Assembly: GCA_963422735.1 (NCBI GenBank)
Contig: OY730476.1
Span: forward strand, 3,648,001 to 3,712,000
DNA: 64,000 nt
From: Candidatus Latescibacterota bacterium
GTDB lineage: Bacteria > Latescibacterota > UBA2968 > UBA8231
Reading direction: 5' to 3'
The notes below the pieces were generated by a model. The model worked only from the letters and a program-made list of their open reading frames with translations. It was not told the origin of the DNA and made no database searches. Of the stretch, positions 38,408 to 48,977 are shown piece by piece. Positions within the stretch are counted from its first letter, which is position 1, and each line of letters starts with the position of its first letter. A program made the translations under genes and the position numbers.

Positions 38408-39574
38408 ATGTCCAAATACATGTTTACTTCCGAATCTGTGTCCGAAGGGCACCCCGACAAAGTCGCCGACCAGATTTCCGACGCCGTACTCGACGCCATG
38501 CTCGCCGAAGACCCCAGCGCACGGGTCGCCTGCGAGACCCTCGTTACCACTGGCCGAGTCGTCGTCGCCGGCGAGGTTAAAAGCGAGGCTCGCCTAGACT
38601 TTGAGGCCCTCGTCAGGCAGGTCATCGCCGATATCGGCTACTGCGATCCCGAGCAGGGCTTTGACTTTCGCTCGTGCGCTATCCTCGTGGCCTTGGGCCA
38701 GCAGTCGCTCGATATAGCCCGGGGCGTCAACGAGGGCGAGGGGCTGCACAAGGAAGAGGGCGCTGGTGACCAAGGCATGATGTTTGGCTATGCCTGCCGC
38801 GAAACCCCCCAGCTCATGCCGCTGCCCATTACCCTCGCACACGCGCTGATGCAGCACCTGACGCGGCTGCGCAAGGACGAGAAAATTCCCTATCTGCGCC
38901 CGGATGCCAAGTCTCAGGTCACTGTCGAGTACGACGACGGCCAGCCCGTGCGGGTAGGGGCCGTAGTCCTCTCGACCCAACACGCCCCGGAGGCCAGGCA
39001 CGAGCAGATCGAAAAAGACATGATCGAACAGGTCGTAAAAGAAGTAATCCCCGCCCACCTGCTCGACGAAGGCACCCAATACCACGTCAACCCCACGGGC
39101 CGCTTCGTCGTTGGGGGGCCGCACGGCGACTGCGGATTGACTGGCCGCAAGATCATCGTCGATACCTACGGGGGCGCGTGCCCGCACGGCGGGGGTGCCT
39201 TTTCCGGCAAGGACCCCAGCAAGGTGGACCGCAGTGCCCACTACATGGCGCGCTACGTGGCCAAGAACGTGGTGGCCGCCCGCTTGGCCGCCCGCTGCCA
39301 AGTGCAACTGGCCTATGCCATTGGCGTGGCCGCGCCCGTATCCGTGCGGATCAAAACCTTTGGCACGGGCGTCGCGCCCGACGAGGCGATCGCCGCGGTC
39401 GTGGAAACGGTCTTCGACCTAACCCCCAAGGGCATCATTGAGGCCCTACAACTGAGGCGGCCCATCTACCGGAAAACCACCAACTACGGCCACTTTGGAC
39501 GCGAGGAGCCGGAGTTTGTGTGGGAACGGACCGACAAGGCCGAGGAGCTGCGCCGGGCCGTGGGGATCAAATAG
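38408..39574 (+). CDS. metK: S-adenosylmethionine synthetase
   Basis: [62 protein letters not shown]. Confidence 0.99.
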   Translation: MSKYMFTSESVSEGHPDKVADQISDAVLDAMLAEDPSARVACETLVTTGRVVVAGEVKSEARLDFEALVRQVIADIGYCDPEQGFDFRSCAILVALGQQSLDIARGVNEGEGLHKEEGAGDQGMMFGYACRETPQLMPLPITLAHALMQHLTRLRKDEKIPYLRPDAKSQVTVEYDDGQPVRVGAVVLSTQHAPEARHEQIEKDMIEQVVKEVIPAHLLDEGTQYHVNPTGRFVVGGPHGDCGLTGRKIIVDTYGGACPHGGGAFSGKDPSKVDRSAHYMARYVAKNVVAARLAARCQVQLAYAIGVAAPVSVRIKTFGTGVAPDEAIAAVVETVFDLTPKGIIEALQLRRPIYRKTTNYGHFGREEPEFVWERTDKAEELRRAVGIK

Positions 39575-39594
39575 GGCCTTGAGTGTGCTAGCAG

Positions 39595-41166
39595 ATGACT
39601 GCCGTACTGTGCCGATGGCTAGGTGCGCTCCTAGGGGCCGGAGCGTTGACGGGCTGCGAGGTAAACTCCCCCCAAATTCCCAGCACCAATTTCCAGATCA
39701 GCATCCCGGTCGCCGCCGACCGGACGACGGTTCAGGACTTGGCCGATGAGCGCGCCGACTTCCTGAAGATCGACGACGAGGGCTTGCTCGCGGTAGATTT
39801 TACAGCGGATTTCAACCACCGAGAGGAAATCGGCGCTCGCCTGCGCGTCGCGCCCGTATCCACTGCCTTGGCGGTGCCGATTGGGCCGGCTGATGGTGCC
39901 ATTGCCAAGACCGAGGCCCTCGCCTTTGCCGATGACCGCATCCAAATCGCGCACGCAGTCATCGCCGAGGGCGGCCTGACGATCAAGGCGAGCAACCAGA
40001 CTGCGATCCCCTTGCAGGTCGAGCTAGTCTTGGGCGATGTAAAAAGGCCGGACGGTACCCCACATGCCTTCCTCATTGACGCGCTCGCCCCCGGCGAGAG
40101 CAAGGCGGTGTCCTTTGACTTGGCCGGCAGCACATTTGCCCCACAGCACCCCCTTGAATTGCGGTTCTCATACCGAGTGCAGGGCGAGTTCGCGGAGGCC
40201 GCGACCACAGATGAGCTACTGCTAGAGGCCGAGACCGAGAATTTGCTCCTCGGCCGCGTCGAGGGGGTGCTCAACGAGGTCGTCCTGCCGGTCGCCCCGG
40301 TCGCCCGCGCAGTCGATTTTCCCGCAGGCTTAGACCAGATTGCCTTCGGCTCGGTCTCCCTAGAAGTCGGCCTGACGTCGGGCGTTGGTTTCCGCAGCCG
40401 CATTGACCTCCAAATCGAGGGCCTCAACGGCCATGGCGAGCGGGGTTCCCTGATGGTTTCCGCAGCGTTCCAGCGCGGCGACCCAGACCACCCAGTGTCC
40501 CTCACCTTGTCGCTGGCCTCCGCAGAGCTGACCGAGTTTCTCAACCTGCTGCCGACCCAAGTCGAGGTCGCGCCGACTGTGCGCATCGGCGATGGCGAGG
40601 CTGTGGAGGTGATCGACTCCAGTCATTGGGTGCAGATCGACCACGTGCGCTTTGCAACGCAGGGCCATTTTCAGCTAGCGGAGGACACCCGCATCGAGTT
40701 TGACCCGATCTTCCGCCGCCTACAGGACGACGATGCCCGCCGCCGCATCCACTCCAGTCTCGACAGCGCTGTCGTAGTTACCGCGATTGAAAATCACCTG
40801 CCCACCGCGATCCGCGTCAGCCTGTGGGTCGCGCCGAGGGTCGAGGATGTGTACGGCAACGAAGATCTGTTCGCCGACAACGAGGCCAGCGGCTATCTGC
40901 GGATTCCCAAGCAGGGTTTCTTTGTGGTGGAGGCCGGCGATGTCGGCCCCGAAGGGCGGGTCGTGGCGAGTGCATTCAGCCACCAACGGATCGCGCTTTC
41001 GGACGAAAATGTGCAGGTCTTTCTGCAGGAGGAGGGCGTCTATACGGGCATGCTGGTCGAGTTGGAAAAGACGCAGCGCGAGATAGCGATGCGGGGGAGC
41101 GACTTCGTCGCTGTGGAGGCCGGGGCGGTGATTTTCATGGAATTCAATGAGGACTTGGTCAAGTAG
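39595..41166 (+). CDS. Hypothetical beta-rich lipoprotein
   Basis: Lipobox ALTG-C; acidic, beta-strand-rich with repeated N-x-x-P/G-x-x-x-x-V-x-L segments. Confidence 0.65.
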   Translation: MTAVLCRWLGALLGAGALTGCEVNSPQIPSTNFQISIPVAADRTTVQDLADERADFLKIDDEGLLAVDFTADFNHREEIGARLRVAPVSTALAVPIGPADGAIAKTEALAFADDRIQIAHAVIAEGGLTIKASNQTAIPLQVELVLGDVKRPDGTPHAFLIDALAPGESKAVSFDLAGSTFAPQHPLELRFSYRVQGEFAEAATTDELLLEAETENLLLGRVEGVLNEVVLPVAPVARAVDFPAGLDQIAFGSVSLEVGLTSGVGFRSRIDLQIEGLNGHGERGSLMVSAAFQRGDPDHPVSLTLSLASAELTEFLNLLPTQVEVAPTVRIGDGEAVEVIDSSHWVQIDHVRFATQGHFQLAEDTRIEFDPIFRRLQDDDARRRIHSSLDSAVVVTAIENHLPTAIRVSLWVAPRVEDVYGNEDLFADNEASGYLRIPKQGFFVVEAGDVGPEGRVVASAFSHQRIALSDENVQVFLQEEGVYTGMLVELEKTQREIAMRGSDFVAVEAGAVIFMEFNEDLVK

Positions 41167-42613
41167 GGTGCTGGTGCAAGGCAAGGGATTGAGCGTTCTA
41201 GCGGCCCTGCTCGCCGGGGCCTACGGGCAGGCGGCCGCCGTTCCCGGCGACGCCAGTCCGCGGGCTGTTGCTTTGGGCCAAGCCTATACGGCCTTGGCCC
41301 GAGGGCCGGAAGCTGTCTTCTGGAATCCGGCGAATTTAGCCCTTGCGGGCAGTGGCAGGTTTTCCTGGGACTTGCTCGGCGCGGGCCTTTGCATAGTTGC
41401 CGAAAACAATAGTTTTTCGGTCGCCACGTACAACGCCAACTTCACGGCCGCCAACGATAAAGTATCTCCCAACGACAGCCCGTACTACATCAGCCCGGTG
41501 ACCAAAAAGAGACTGTTGGCCAACATCCCAGACGCGGGCCTGCGCATGAATGGGGATATCGAGCCGACGCTCGTCGCAGGCCTCCCGCTCAACGGAGGCG
41601 TGGCGTTTGCCATCGGGGAAGTGCGCTCGGCCATTGCCGTGGGGTTTACCAGCGGGGTCGAGAGCGAAATTCCCAAAGATGTGTTAGAGCTTTTCTTTTT
41701 CGGCAACGAGTTTGCAGAGGACCGCTTGGCGGCCGGCAAGAGCGAAGGGTACGACATCAGCGACTGGAATGGATCGGGATGGGCCGTGGGCACGCTCAAT
41801 GTCGCAGCTGCGAAGCCCGCACTGCCAGTTCGTCTCGCACCCTATCTAAGCGAGCTCACAGTCGGCAGTACGCTCAAGCTCTCGATGGGCAGCTACGGAG
41901 AGATTATCGAATCCGGCGGCACCGGGCTCGTGGCCCGCGTCGGCGGTGCGGAGGCGGACGCTTGGCTGATTGCCCAGCACGCCAAAATGGGCTTAGGCGT
42001 TGGCCTCGACGTTGGCATCGCCGGCCGGAGCAAAAGCCGCAAGACGACCTTCAGCTTCAGTGTGCTCAACCTGCTCGACACGTTCTCTTGGAGTAGGGGA
42101 GTGCGCCAAGATTCCATTTTCCTCGCGACTAACGAATTGCGCATCTCCCGCTTCTTGGACGCGGACTCGCGGTCCATTGAGGAAGTATTCGACAACCCGG
42201 ATTTAGACGGCGATGGCGATCCAGACTTCACAAAACAGATCGGCCAAAAGCCTTTCTCGCGCTCGCTGCCGGCCATGCTGCGGCTCGGGGTGGCCTATCA
42301 GGCCAGGCCCCAGCTAACGGTGGTTGGCAATTGGGACCAGGCGTTCAGTTCTAAGTTTGGGATGCGGACTCGGCCGCGGCTGGCCGGCGGGGTCGAGTAC
42401 TGGCTGGCGGACTGGTTGCCTGCCCGCATTGGCCTGTCGCTGGGCGGACGGAGCAGCAGCTCGGCGATCGGCTTTGCCTTCGGCCCGTTTGTGCTGTCGT
42501 CTATGCAGATCCGCTTCTTGGAGACCAGCCTCGCCATGCGCGGCGGCCTCTTCCCAGGCATAGCGAAGGGCACCGCCATTTCCGTGATGTTCTTTCGCCT
42601 GAGCCTTGTCTGA
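41147..42613 (+). CDS. Outer-membrane barrel with FadL/PorV-like N-terminus (DUF5723-like)
   Basis: SPRAVALGQAYTALARGPEAVFWNPANLA, GVGLDVG, SLPAMLRLGVAY, GVEYWLADWLPARIG. Confidence 0.65.
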   Translation: MRTWSSRVLVQGKGLSVLAALLAGAYGQAAAVPGDASPRAVALGQAYTALARGPEAVFWNPANLALAGSGRFSWDLLGAGLCIVAENNSFSVATYNANFTAANDKVSPNDSPYYISPVTKKRLLANIPDAGLRMNGDIEPTLVAGLPLNGGVAFAIGEVRSAIAVGFTSGVESEIPKDVLELFFFGNEFAEDRLAAGKSEGYDISDWNGSGWAVGTLNVAAAKPALPVRLAPYLSELTVGSTLKLSMGSYGEIIESGGTGLVARVGGAEADAWLIAQHAKMGLGVGLDVGIAGRSKSRKTTFSFSVLNLLDTFSWSRGVRQDSIFLATNELRISRFLDADSRSIEEVFDNPDLDGDGDPDFTKQIGQKPFSRSLPAMLRLGVAYQARPQLTVVGNWDQAFSSKFGMRTRPRLAGGVEYWLADWLPARIGLSLGGRSSSSAIGFAFGPFVLSSMQIRFLETSLAMRGGLFPGIAKGTAISVMFFRLSLV

Positions 42614-42708
42614 CGGCCTCCTCGGCCTTTTCTGCCCATTCCAATGTCTTGAATGCCACAATGTCCCATTCGATGGGTTAGATGTGTCAAAAAGAGGCAT
42701 ATCGGCGA

Positions 42709-42724
42709 TGGTACGGTATTTGCA
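42709..42724 (+). promoter_or_regulatory. Sigma54 (-24/-12) promoter upstream of clpB
   Basis: TGGTACGGTATTTGCA: exact GG-N10-GC spacing, near the consensus TGGCACG-N4-TTGCW. Confidence 0.75.
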
Positions 42725-42766
42725 ATCATTCGGATAGGCAAAACCGATTTTCGAAAGGGAGCCGAC

Positions 42767-45382
42767 ATGAATACCAGCAAATTCACCCACAAATTGCAGG
42801 AAGCCGTGCAGGAAGCCCAGCACCAAGCGCTGCGCCGCCTGCACGGCGAAGTGGATGGCGAGCATCTGCTCTTGGCGCTACTCGAACAGGAAGAAGGGGT
42901 CCTGCCGCGCATTGTGCGGCGCATCGACCGAGCAGACGAGCGGTTGCACCCGGTTTTGGTGCGCTCGTTAGATCGCCGCCCCCGGGTCTCGGGCAAAGGC
43001 GTCGAAATATATGCGACGCGCCGCCTGCAAGACCTCTTGCGCCAAGCCGAGGAGGAAGCCGCTGGCCTAAAGGACGAATACGTTTCGGCCGAGCACTGCG
43101 CCTTGTCGTTTATATCGGAGGGCGAAGGCACGGCCGCCGGCCGCGCCTTGAGTGAGGCCGGCATCACGCGAGACCGCTTCTTGCAGGCTTTGGCCAAGGC
43201 GCGCGGTACCCAGCGCGTGCAGAGCGCGACGCCCGAATCTACCTATGAGGCCCTCGAACGCTACGGACTCGACTTGGTGGCGCAGGCGTGCGCCGGCCGG
43301 CTCGACCCGGTGATTGGGCGCGACGAAGAGATCCGCCGCACCATCCGCATCCTCTCGCGCAAGACCAAGAACAACCCGGTGCTCATCGGCGAGCCAGGCG
43401 TGGGCAAGACCGCGATCGTCGAGGGCTTGGCGCAGCGCATCGTGCGCGGCGATGTGCCCGAGTGGATGCAGGATCAGACGATCTTCGCGCTGGACATGGG
43501 TGCGCTGATGGCTGGGGCCAAGTACCGGGGCGAATTTGAGGAGCGGCTCAAGGCCGTGCTCGACGAAATCCGCGCCAGCGACGGGCGCATCTTGCTCTTC
43601 ATCGACGAGTTGCACACCATCGTCGGCGCTGGCAAGACCGAGGGATCGACCGACGCGGGCAATATGCTCAAGCCCATGCTCGCCCGCGGCGAGTTGCACT
43701 GCATCGGCGCGACCACGCTCGACGAACACCGCCGGCACATCGAAAAGGACGCCGCGCTGGAACGGCGCTTCCAGCCGGTGTTGATAGACGCCCCCACAGT
43801 AGAGGATTCGATCTCGATCCTGCGGGGCTTGCGCGAGCGATTCGAGATCCACCACGGCGTGCGCATCCAAGACAATGCCTTGGTAGATGCAGCCGTGCTG
43901 TCCAACCGCTACATCTCGGACCGCTTCTTGCCAGACAAGGCCATCGACCTGATCGACGAGGCGTGCGCCACCGTCCGCACGGAAATCGACTCGGTGCCAA
44001 CCGAACTGGACCAAGTGGAGCGCCGGGTCATGCAGCTAGAGATCGAGGAAGCCGCGCTGAAAAAGGAGCAGGACAAAATCAGCGAGGAGCGCCTCGAAAG
44101 CCTGTGCAAGGAATTGGCCGATCTCAAGGGCCAAGCCGGTGCCCTGCGCGCCCAATGGGAAGAGGAAAGAGCGTCCCTATTGAGCGAGCGAGCGTTGCGC
44201 GAGGAAATTGAGCAGGTGCGGCATCAAATCGAAGAAGCCGAGCGCCAATACGACTTGAACCGAGTCGCCGAGCTAAGACACGGAAAATTGCCGGATCTGG
44301 AGCGACGGCTGTCCGCGGCGCAGCAAGCGGCTGTCCGCGACGGCCCGAGGCTGCTGCGAGAGGAAGTCACCCAAGAGGAGGTGGCCGCCATTGTTTCGCG
44401 CTGGACCGGTATCCCACTACAAAGGCTGACCGAGGGCGAGCGCGAGAAGCTGGTGCGCCTCGACCAGATCCTGCACCAGCGGGTCGTGGGCCAGGACGAG
44501 GCCGTGAGCTTGGTGGCCGATGCCGTGATGCGGGCGCGCTCCGGCATCAAAGACGAGCAAAAGCCCATCGGCTCCTTCGTCTTCTTGGGGCCGACGGGCG
44601 TGGGCAAGACCGAACTGGCTAAGGCCCTCGCGCAAGCTCTCTTCGACGCCGAGGAGAACATGGTGCGCTTGGACATGAGCGAGTACATGGAAAAGCACTC
44701 GGTGTCCAAGCTATTGGGTGCTCCGCCCGGGTACGTGGGCTACGAGGAAGGCGGCCAGCTAACCGAGGCCGTGCGCCGCAAGCCCTACGCGGTGGTGCTC
44801 TTCGACGAGATCGAGAAAGCCCACCCGGACGTTTTTAACGCGCTGTTGCAGCTTTTGGACGACGGGCGGCTCACCGACGCGCAGGGCCGAGTGGTGGATT
44901 TTAAGAACGCGGTGGTGATTATGACTTCCAACATTGGGTCGGCGCACTTGGTCGAGGGCCTGACGCCGAAAGGGGAGATCGCCGAGTCCGCACGCGAGCA
45001 GGTCATGCGCGAGCTGGGGGCGCACTTTCGTCCGGAGTTTCTCAACCGGATCGACGATGTGGTGCTCTTCAAGCCGCTGACCTTGGCGGAGATCGAGGCG
45101 ATCGTCGGGCTGCTGAGTGCCGAGTTGCGCCAGCGGCTGGCCGCAAAGCGCATTGAGCTAGCGGTCGCTGCACCGGCGCGGCGGCACATTGCTCACGCGG
45201 GTTTCGACCCGGTCTATGGCGCCCGGCCGCTCAAGCGATTTTTGCAGCGCGAGATCGAAACGCGGATCGCGCGCTTGCTGGTGGCCGGCGACGTGCCCGA
45301 GGGGTCGCGGGTTGAGGTGGTACTCGACGAAGGCCAGTTGGCCGTGCGGCACCAGCCGCCGGAAGCGGGAACCGCAATTTAG
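42767..45382 (+). CDS. clpB: ATP-dependent chaperone ClpB
   Basis: Two AAA+ modules ([16 protein letters not shown]), coiled-coil M domain, [21 protein letters not shown]; AAAGGGAG RBS before ATG 42767. Confidence 0.97.
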   Translation: MNTSKFTHKLQEAVQEAQHQALRRLHGEVDGEHLLLALLEQEEGVLPRIVRRIDRADERLHPVLVRSLDRRPRVSGKGVEIYATRRLQDLLRQAEEEAAGLKDEYVSAEHCALSFISEGEGTAAGRALSEAGITRDRFLQALAKARGTQRVQSATPESTYEALERYGLDLVAQACAGRLDPVIGRDEEIRRTIRILSRKTKNNPVLIGEPGVGKTAIVEGLAQRIVRGDVPEWMQDQTIFALDMGALMAGAKYRGEFEERLKAVLDEIRASDGRILLFIDELHTIVGAGKTEGSTDAGNMLKPMLARGELHCIGATTLDEHRRHIEKDAALERRFQPVLIDAPTVEDSISILRGLRERFEIHHGVRIQDNALVDAAVLSNRYISDRFLPDKAIDLIDEACATVRTEIDSVPTELDQVERRVMQLEIEEAALKKEQDKISEERLESLCKELADLKGQAGALRAQWEEERASLLSERALREEIEQVRHQIEEAERQYDLNRVAELRHGKLPDLERRLSAAQQAAVRDGPRLLREEVTQEEVAAIVSRWTGIPLQRLTEGEREKLVRLDQILHQRVVGQDEAVSLVADAVMRARSGIKDEQKPIGSFVFLGPTGVGKTELAKALAQALFDAEENMVRLDMSEYMEKHSVSKLLGAPPGYVGYEEGGQLTEAVRRKPYAVVLFDEIEKAHPDVFNALLQLLDDGRLTDAQGRVVDFKNAVVIMTSNIGSAHLVEGLTPKGEIAESAREQVMRELGAHFRPEFLNRIDDVVLFKPLTLAEIEAIVGLLSAELRQRLAAKRIELAVAAPARRHIAHAGFDPVYGARPLKRFLQREIETRIARLLVAGDVPEGSRVEVVLDEGQLAVRHQPPEAGTAI

Positions 45383-45455
45383 CGCTTGTCGTCTTTTTTT
45401 GTGAACATTGGAAAGTATCCGTATTTTCACACCCTTTTTCAGAGAGGAAGTATCC

Positions 45456-46868
45456 ATGCGGAAGTTGTGCTTTTCCCTAATCGTTTTAAGTCTCTCCGCG
45501 GCCGGCAGCGTCCGAGCCAGCGAGAGCATACAGCTCCTGCGCCAGATGAGCGACGGCTTCGCCGAACTCGCCGCGCAGGTCAAGCCCGGCGTCGTAAAAA
45601 TCACCACGGAGGGCACTGTCAATGTCGAGGGGGGCTCCCCCTTGCGCGGCACCCCTTGGGGGGACTTCTTCGAATTGCCCGACCAGCCACGCGAACGCGA
45701 TGGCCAAGGCTCGGGAGTAATCATCAACTTTAGCGGCGATCAGTACATCCTTACCAACAACCACGTGATTCGCCACGCCGACAATATCCGCGTCGAGATG
45801 ACGGATTCGCGCTTCTTTGAAGCCGAGGTCGTCGGTCGCGATCCCCTGAGCGATATCGCCGTGCTCAAGGTCGCCGCCGAGGATTTGCCTGCGGTCGCAA
45901 TGGGCGATTCGGACCAGCTCCGGGAGGGCGAATGGGTGCTGGCCATAGGAAACCCCATGAAATTTGCCCATTCCGTAACGACTGGCATCATCAGTGCCTT
46001 GGGACGGGGACGCTTCTTTGGCGAGTACGGCTCTTTTATTCAGACCGACGCGGCGATCAATCCTGGCAACAGCGGCGGTGCGCTAGTCAACCTGCGCGGC
46101 GAGTTGATCGGGCTCAACACGGCCATCGTCAGCCGTAGCGGCGGCAATATGGGTCTTGGCTTTGCCATTCCGATCAACTTGGTCAAGGATGTGGTCGCGC
46201 AGTTGGTTGAGCACGGGAAGGTGCGGCGTGGCTTGCTCGGCGTGATTATCGACGACTTGGAACCGCTAGTGGCCGAGGCAATGGGGCTGGACCGCAAGCA
46301 TGGCGTGGTGATCGATAAAGTGACGCCGGGAGGAGCAGCAGACAAAGCGGGCGTTAAAGTTGACGATATAGTACTTGCTATTGATGGCCAACCCATGCGC
46401 AACTCAACCGAACTTCGCGACCGGATTGGACGCACGGCACCGGGGACCGAAATCGAGTTGTTGGTGTTGCGCGATAGCAAAGAGAAACGCATTAAAGTCG
46501 AGCTAGATCTGCGGACTGCGGAAGCGCTGGCCGCCGGTCACTCCCGCGATGACACAGAGGCAGAACAAGAGGTGCTGGGCCTGAAGGTACAGGAACTGAC
46601 CGATGCGCTAGCGCGGCGGCTGAGATACGAAGACGAAAACGGAGTTGTGGTCACGCGAGTGGAGCGCGGCAGCGAGGCGTCGCGGCGGGGTTTGCGCCGA
46701 TGGATGCTCATTCAGGAGATCAACTCCAAACCAGTGAAAACGGTAGGTGATTTTGAGGATGAGCTGGCGGAAATTGAACCAGGAGCCGCGTTTAGGATGC
46801 GGGTGCGTTGGCAGGGCGGTCGGCAGGGGGGGACGCGACTGGTGGGGTTGCGGATGCCTGTAAATTGA
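45456..46868 (+). CDS. degP: DegP/HtrA (Do) periplasmic serine protease with two PDZ domains
   Basis: Signal peptide; GSGVI, TNNHVI (His), SDIAVLK (Asp), INPGNSGG (Ser). Confidence 0.93.
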   Translation: MRKLCFSLIVLSLSAAGSVRASESIQLLRQMSDGFAELAAQVKPGVVKITTEGTVNVEGGSPLRGTPWGDFFELPDQPRERDGQGSGVIINFSGDQYILTNNHVIRHADNIRVEMTDSRFFEAEVVGRDPLSDIAVLKVAAEDLPAVAMGDSDQLREGEWVLAIGNPMKFAHSVTTGIISALGRGRFFGEYGSFIQTDAAINPGNSGGALVNLRGELIGLNTAIVSRSGGNMGLGFAIPINLVKDVVAQLVEHGKVRRGLLGVIIDDLEPLVAEAMGLDRKHGVVIDKVTPGGAADKAGVKVDDIVLAIDGQPMRNSTELRDRIGRTAPGTEIELLVLRDSKEKRIKVELDLRTAEALAAGHSRDDTEAEQEVLGLKVQELTDALARRLRYEDENGVVVTRVERGSEASRRGLRRWMLIQEINSKPVKTVGDFEDELAEIEPGAAFRMRVRWQGGRQGGTRLVGLRMPVN

Positions 46869-46870
46869 GT

Positions 46871-48970
46871 ATGCGCTCGCAAGCTATATGGCACCCGGCC
46901 GCGCTGGCCGTGTACATCCGCTGCGAATTCTACCTGACCGGCGCAGCAGCCAAAGGGCTGCTGCGCTGTGCTGCGAGTGGGCCGTACGAGGTGTACTTGA
47001 ACGGCGAGCGAGTGGGCAGAGGATTGGGGCCAGCGGCGGCCGAAGTGGCCATGTGGGAGCAGTTCGCGTTGGATGGTGCGCTGCGGGAGGGCGAAAATGT
47101 GCTGTTGGTCCTTGCCTTGGGCCTCGGCGCAGCAGACTGGTTCTGCGCCGAGGGAAAAATTGAGCGCAGCGATGGGGCCGAGCAGGTGCTATACACGGGT
47201 GCGCCTTGGCAGGTGCAGCCGGCCGATGCTTGGCTGGGCGCAGTCGGCTACGCAGCCGTGCTGGCACCGGCTGAGTGGGCCAAGGGGCGGTTTGCGGGAT
47301 GGCGGGAAGCGGCTGTGGTGGCCGGGGCCGAGCCGAGGGATTGGTCGCCGTTGCCCGCGGAGGAAAGCATGGTGTGGGCGCGGGAGGTGGTAGCTTTTGG
47401 CGAGGTTGCTGGCGAGGTCGCGCTCGAATGGGTCGCCTACCCCGAGGCCATGCAGACTGCCAAATGCGTACGACGGGAAGCGCTCCTGACAGCCGGCAAA
47501 ACCCAGTCCTTGTTGCAGGCAACAGACGCAGCCCGGGCCGCGTACTTAGTTTTGGACTTTGGGCGGTTGCTCAGCGGATTCCCCCATCTGCGGCTGCGGG
47601 GCCGGGCTGGCGCGGTGATCGATCTAGGTTTTGCGCGGGCGGAGGGCGCGGTGGAATCGCGCTTGCGCTACGTGTGCCGCGACGGATTGCAAGAGTGGAC
47701 ATCGCCGCAATTGGCGACGTGCCGCTATCTAGTAGTGCGGATCGGATCGTGCCCAGAAGCAGTGGAAATAGACAGTGTCTCGCTGGTGGAGCGGCGCGTG
47801 GCCGTCGCGGTGCGAGGGTGCTTTACAACCGTGGGCGAAGACTGGGAGCAGTTATGGCGGACCGGAGAGCAAACCTTAGCCGCCAGCCGCCAAGAGGTGT
47901 ACGCCCTCGGCGAGGAACGGCTCAACTGGGATCAGCTCTACGTTTGGACCATGAACGATTTGTACGCGACCGGTAGCGTGGATACGGCGCGCGCTGTGCT
48001 GGCTGGCAGCAAGGCACCGCTCGGCGGGGAACAGGCCTGTTTCCACGCGCTGTTTGTCGAGCTGGCGCAGTGCCACGGCGGCGGCCCGACTGCCGAGCGG
48101 CTAGCCAGCCTAGTGAGCAGCTTGCAAACGGCCGAGGCTGAGGCCGCGCCGGCGACCGCTGCTGTCGCTCTGCGAGCCGGGGCTTGGCAAGCGGTCGCGG
48201 CCTTGTGCCGGCGCGCCGGCGACCGCCAGCAAGCCGCCCAATGTGAACGCTCCCATCACCGAGCGCGCAAGGCATTGCAAGCCGCTTGGAGCGAAGAGCA
48301 AGGGCTTTTTACCGATGCCGCCGGGGCCGCCGATTGCAGCCGCTGGACGAATGCCTTGGTGCTCTATTTTGCTTTGGCCAATCCCAAGCAGCAGGTGCGA
48401 GTGGCGCAGCACCTATCCGGCGGTTTGGCGTCAGAAGATGATTTGTGGCAGGCGTTTTTTGTCGCCGGAGCGCTGTGGCAAGCGGGCGCAGGCGAGTCGG
48501 CTTTAGCTTACGTACAGAGAAAATGGGGCCGCTTGCTGGCACGCCCGGGAGGAACGTGGGGTGAGAAGGCCGGGTCATTGGCCGCGCAACCCGGGCCGGA
48601 GCGCTTGCTGGCGGCGCACGTGCTAGGGGTTGTGCCTAAGGCCGAGGGGATCTTGGAGGTTCGGCCGCAGTTGTCCGGGCTCGAACGCGCCGAGGGCGTC
48701 GTGCCCACGCCATACGGCGATGTCGAAGTCGCTTGGGGGGCATATAGCGGCGGCTTTTCCGCACGCCTTTCCGTGCCGCACGACGGCGAAACACACCTTT
48801 CCGTACCCCGTTGCGACAAGCGCTTCCCCCAAATCGAGATCAACGGCGAGACGGTGTGGCGCAACGAGAAGGCCCACCCCAACTCCCACGTGCAGGAGCT
48901 AATCAGCCAAGAGGAGCGGGTGGTGATGGTGTTGCGGCGGGCCGGACAGTACGAGGTCTCGGTAGAATAG
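46871..48970 (+). CDS. Alpha-L-rhamnosidase (GH78)-like protein with degenerate catalytic motifs
   Basis: YEVYLNGERVG, LREGENVL, LVLDFGR, PQLSGL...EGVVPTPYGDVEVAW; the catalytic DCPxRER segment is not recognisable. Confidence 0.6.
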   Translation: MRSQAIWHPAALAVYIRCEFYLTGAAAKGLLRCAASGPYEVYLNGERVGRGLGPAAAEVAMWEQFALDGALREGENVLLVLALGLGAADWFCAEGKIERSDGAEQVLYTGAPWQVQPADAWLGAVGYAAVLAPAEWAKGRFAGWREAAVVAGAEPRDWSPLPAEESMVWAREVVAFGEVAGEVALEWVAYPEAMQTAKCVRREALLTAGKTQSLLQATDAARAAYLVLDFGRLLSGFPHLRLRGRAGAVIDLGFARAEGAVESRLRYVCRDGLQEWTSPQLATCRYLVVRIGSCPEAVEIDSVSLVERRVAVAVRGCFTTVGEDWEQLWRTGEQTLAASRQEVYALGEERLNWDQLYVWTMNDLYATGSVDTARAVLAGSKAPLGGEQACFHALFVELAQCHGGGPTAERLASLVSSLQTAEAEAAPATAAVALRAGAWQAVAALCRRAGDRQQAAQCERSHHRARKALQAAWSEEQGLFTDAAGAADCSRWTNALVLYFALANPKQQVRVAQHLSGGLASEDDLWQAFFVAGALWQAGAGESALAYVQRKWGRLLARPGGTWGEKAGSLAAQPGPERLLAAHVLGVVPKAEGILEVRPQLSGLERAEGVVPTPYGDVEVAWGAYSGGFSARLSVPHDGETHLSVPRCDKRFPQIEINGETVWRNEKAHPNSHVQELISQEERVVMVLRRAGQYEVSVE

Positions 48971-48977
48971 CGGCGAC

